A stretch of DNA of 64,000 nt, from assembly GCA_963772725.1 (NCBI GenBank), contig CAVYYI010000001.1, forward strand, positions 672,001 through 736,000. Reading direction: 5' to 3'. The position numbers and the translations under genes were made by a program. The first letter of the stretch is position 1. Every line of letters begins with the position of its first letter. This DNA comes from an uncultured Phycisphaerales bacterium (GTDB lineage: Bacteria; Planctomycetota; Phycisphaerae; Sedimentisphaerales; Anaerobacaceae). Under the pieces are notes generated by a model, which made no database searches, had not been told where the DNA came from, and worked only from the letters and a program-made list of their open reading frames with translations. This document shows positions 61,301 to 64,000 of the stretch, in pieces.

Positions 61301-62824
61301 TCAATTTTTCTGGTTATGTAATTTTAATTCCAACAATGTTCTCTGATAAGGAAGAACAATAGTATTTGAATCAATACCGGCATTATTGAGAATATTACGA
61401 ATTTTGAAAGCCCTGTCGCTGCCCTGAACTAACAAGAAACCAACATCCTTTTCATTTATCATTTCTTTTATCTCATCAAGGAAATACTCTGTTTCTGAAA
61501 AGGATGGATAAGGATTAGTTTTAGCAGTAAGATGCTCAACTTCTTTGACGCCGTAGAACAAAAGTCCATCGCATCGTTTGTCAATAGTCCCAACCTCAGA
61601 ATTACTTTGCGGAAGATGGTGACATAAACGTGACCAAAGTGCCTTCATATCATTGGGAGTCGGATAATAGGCCAGAGCAAGTTTAGTTGAGATGAGCAAT
61701 ACGACCCACGTACAACATAAAACAGCAGGGCGGAGAAAGGTTTTTAAATTTATTCTTATTCCGCTATCTGTCGAAAAAAGTTTGTTTCGCCATAGTCTGG
61801 CGGTTGCGAGGGCGAGAGCAGGAAATAAAGGCAAAGAGTACAGCCCGAGTTTGGAACTGGCAAGGCACAAAATCAAAAGAGGTATAAAGAACCAGCAAAG
61901 TAAAAGCAGGACGGCGGGGCTGTCCGCTAAGATTTTCAGGAAATTTTTTGAAAAGAAAGTTTTGGCAATCAAATCCCATCTATCAATCCAGATAATTGAC
62001 CACGGTAAAGAACCAAAAATCAATACCGGCAGATAAATAAATGCACCTGACAAGCCTGGATTCCGCTCATATTTCTCTGAAACAAGCCGACCCCAGATTT
62101 GGCTGTCGAAAAAATAGCTAAATGCCCCCGGTACTTTCACGCATATCAAGATATACCACCATAAACCGACAATAATGAACAGACCAAGTCCGGCAATCCA
62201 CCATGGCGTCCAAAAATATTCGATGAGCTGTTTTCTTACGGCAAGAAAAACAAACATGCCGCAGCAAGGTATTAGAACTGCCGGGCCTTTAGTGAAAAAT
62301 CCCAATCCTACCGCCATACATAAAAGTATTTTCCATAAATTTCTTTTGGTGCCGGATTCCGCGCTTTTCCAAAAAAACAGAACCGCCATAGTTGTCCATA
62401 AAGCAAGCAATGTATCAGGCGTTACAAAATTGGCCGCGATAAAAGGCACAGTCATCGTGGAGTAGATAAATACGGCCAGCAGAGCGGTAAATTTATCTTT
62501 GAAAAGTTCCCAGCCAAGCAAACCTGTCAACATTGCTGTGAGCATAAAACTTATGCCGTGGAAAAATCTTACCGCGAATTCGTTGTGGCCGAAAAGCTTC
62601 AATCCTCCGATAATTCCCCAATAAGTGGCGGGCGGTTTATCGAGAAATATTTCATCTTCGCCGAGATATGGGGTAATGATTTTTTGTTTTTCCAACATTG
62701 TTATTGCTGTTCCGACGTAATAACCCTCGTCGGGCTGCCAAATACCACGACTGCCTTGAAATAAAAACGCCAGTCCGAGCAGTAATGTCAAAAGTAATAA
62801 CAGTATTAAAAATAGCCTGCCCAT
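61301..62824 (-). CDS. ArnT/PMT-like (GT-C fold) membrane glycosyltransferase
   Basis: PDEGYY, DKPP, FAVRF, FTKGP, many TM helices. Confidence 0.85.
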   Translation of the reverse strand: MGRLFLILLLLLTLLLGLAFLFQGSRGIWQPDEGYYVGTAITMLEKQKIITPYLGEDEIFLDKPPATYWGIIGGLKLFGHNEFAVRFFHGISFMLTAMLTGLLGWELFKDKFTALLAVFIYSTMTVPFIAANFVTPDTLLALWTTMAVLFFWKSAESGTKRNLWKILLCMAVGLGFFTKGPAVLIPCCGMFVFLAVRKQLIEYFWTPWWIAGLGLFIIVGLWWYILICVKVPGAFSYFFDSQIWGRLVSEKYERNPGLSGAFIYLPVLIFGSLPWSIIWIDRWDLIAKTFFSKNFLKILADSPAVLLLLCWFFIPLLILCLASSKLGLYSLPLFPALALATARLWRNKLFSTDSGIRINLKTFLRPAVLCCTWVVLLISTKLALAYYPTPNDMKALWSRLCHHLPQSNSEVGTIDKRCDGLLFYGVKEVEHLTAKTNPYPSFSETEYFLDEIKEMINEKDVGFLLVQGSDRAFKIRNILNNAGIDSNTIVLPYQRTLLELKLHNQKN

Positions 62825-62825
62825 T

Positions 62826-63986
62826 TTAATGTCTCCACATTATTTTATAAACCGCCTCGATGGTGTTGACCATTGTCTGCGGTGCGAATTTTTCCTTTAC
62901 GGATTCTCTGCCGGCGATACCTAATCTATTCCGCAGGTTCTTATCGGTAATAAGTTCCGCACAGGCGTCTGTCAGTTGTTTAATGTTTTTAGGTTCAATG
63001 AGTCTGCCGGTTTTTTCGTTCACAACCTCTTTTTGCGCCATCAACATCAAATGAAATTGCCGGTTTACCGCAGAGCATCGCCTGAGGCAGGGTACGGGCC
63101 AGGCCTTCTCTTAACGAGCAGTGGACAAGTATATCTGAAGATTGTATCGCAAGCGGTATCTGGCTCGGCGGGAGCAGGCCGGTAAATTTTATTTTATCTG
63201 TCAGGCCGAGTTGATTCACCTGTTCTTTGTATTTGTCCGCGAGGTTGCCGTTGCCGACGAACAGCCAGACAGCCTTATCGAACCGTTTCGACAGGTCTTT
63301 CGCTGATTCGATAATATATTCGTGTCCTTTGAGCATAAAGAGGTGCGCGATTGTTACAAGGACAACAGCGTCGTCAGCGATGCCATATTTTTTGCGAAAT
63401 TCTTTTTTGTGGTCATCGGAAATTGGTGTTAAAAAATCCAGTTCCTCAATAGCTGAATAAGCGGTGCGGTATTGTTCGGCTTTGCCGATTCCGGCAGAAA
63501 GCGCCTGCTGGGTCATCGCGTCGGCGACACTGATGAAAAAGTCTGTGCGTTTAGCAGCAGCTTTTTCAATGGCGATATAAAGGCGGTTAAGCCATTTGTT
63601 TTGATACGAATGAAACGACAAACCGTGTATTCCGTAAACTATTTTTGGTCTTGGCGTTATGTTGGAAGCCGCGTACCTGCCTAATATGCCAGCCTTGGCG
63701 GAATGAACGTGAACAATATCAGGCTTTATCTCGTTGAGAATCTTCTTGATTTTGTAATAGCTCAATATGTCATTTAGCGGATGGATTGCGCGAATCATCC
63801 TGTCAACGATGATTACCTTATATTTCTGTCCCTTTGTCTGTTCGAACAATTCGCCTTCGGGCCCAATCGCTGGGCCGGTAACAAGCGTAACATCATGCCC
63901 ACGCTCGGCGAGCAGTTTGCATGTTATGAGCGTATTTTCCTGCGCCCCCCGAGAATCAATCTTGTAATTATATGAATAATTTTCAT
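62826..63986 (-). CDS. Glycosyltransferase family 4 (frameshifts near both ends)
   Basis: MKIIHIITRLILGGAQENT (restored), HSAKAG, KGHE, SLREGL. Confidence 0.85.
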
Positions 63987-64000
63987 TAGTCAACTTAAAT

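Noticed and set aside
8970..63986. Frameshifts in polA, lgt, nrdJ, argC, argJ, mlaF, AsmA-like, GT4 and others as pseudogenes or programmed frameshifting
   Set aside because: They affect many unrelated core genes while motifs continue intact in the adjacent frame, typical of uncorrected long-read indels; needs read-level confirmation

Overview
Bacterial chromosomal window, most likely Planctomycetota (Phycisphaerae/Sedimentisphaerales-like; an inference from gene content and protein style, not a database result). It is mostly housekeeping: polA, dapL, folK-dNK, panC/panD, lgt, class II RNR with tandem NrdR boxes, rplM/rpsI, arg genes, argS, mlaEF, rdgB, rpsB-tsf-pyrH-frr, AsmA-like, YihY, LysE, ArnT-like and GT4 genes. 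Many genes carry single-base frameshifts that look like long-read consensus errors. Accessory material: (1) a left-end island (~1-8.8 kb) with a VirD4/HerA-type ATPase probably fused to a PD-(D/E)XK nuclease, and a 1.4-kaa NACHT-type NTPase with a C-terminal nuclease; (2) a 45.2-51.8 kb hotspot with complete IS982, IS5 and IS66 elements layered on a RAYT-like remnant, an inverted-repeat-bounded secreted-protein gene and a phage replication relic. Most notable unexplained signals: an FRG gene bracketed by ~60-bp inverted arms built from a 9-nt periodic repeat found across the window, and a promoter-to-terminator, ORF-less ~110-nt unit with a C-rich loop (candidate sRNA). No tRNA, rRNA or CRISPR array was recognised.
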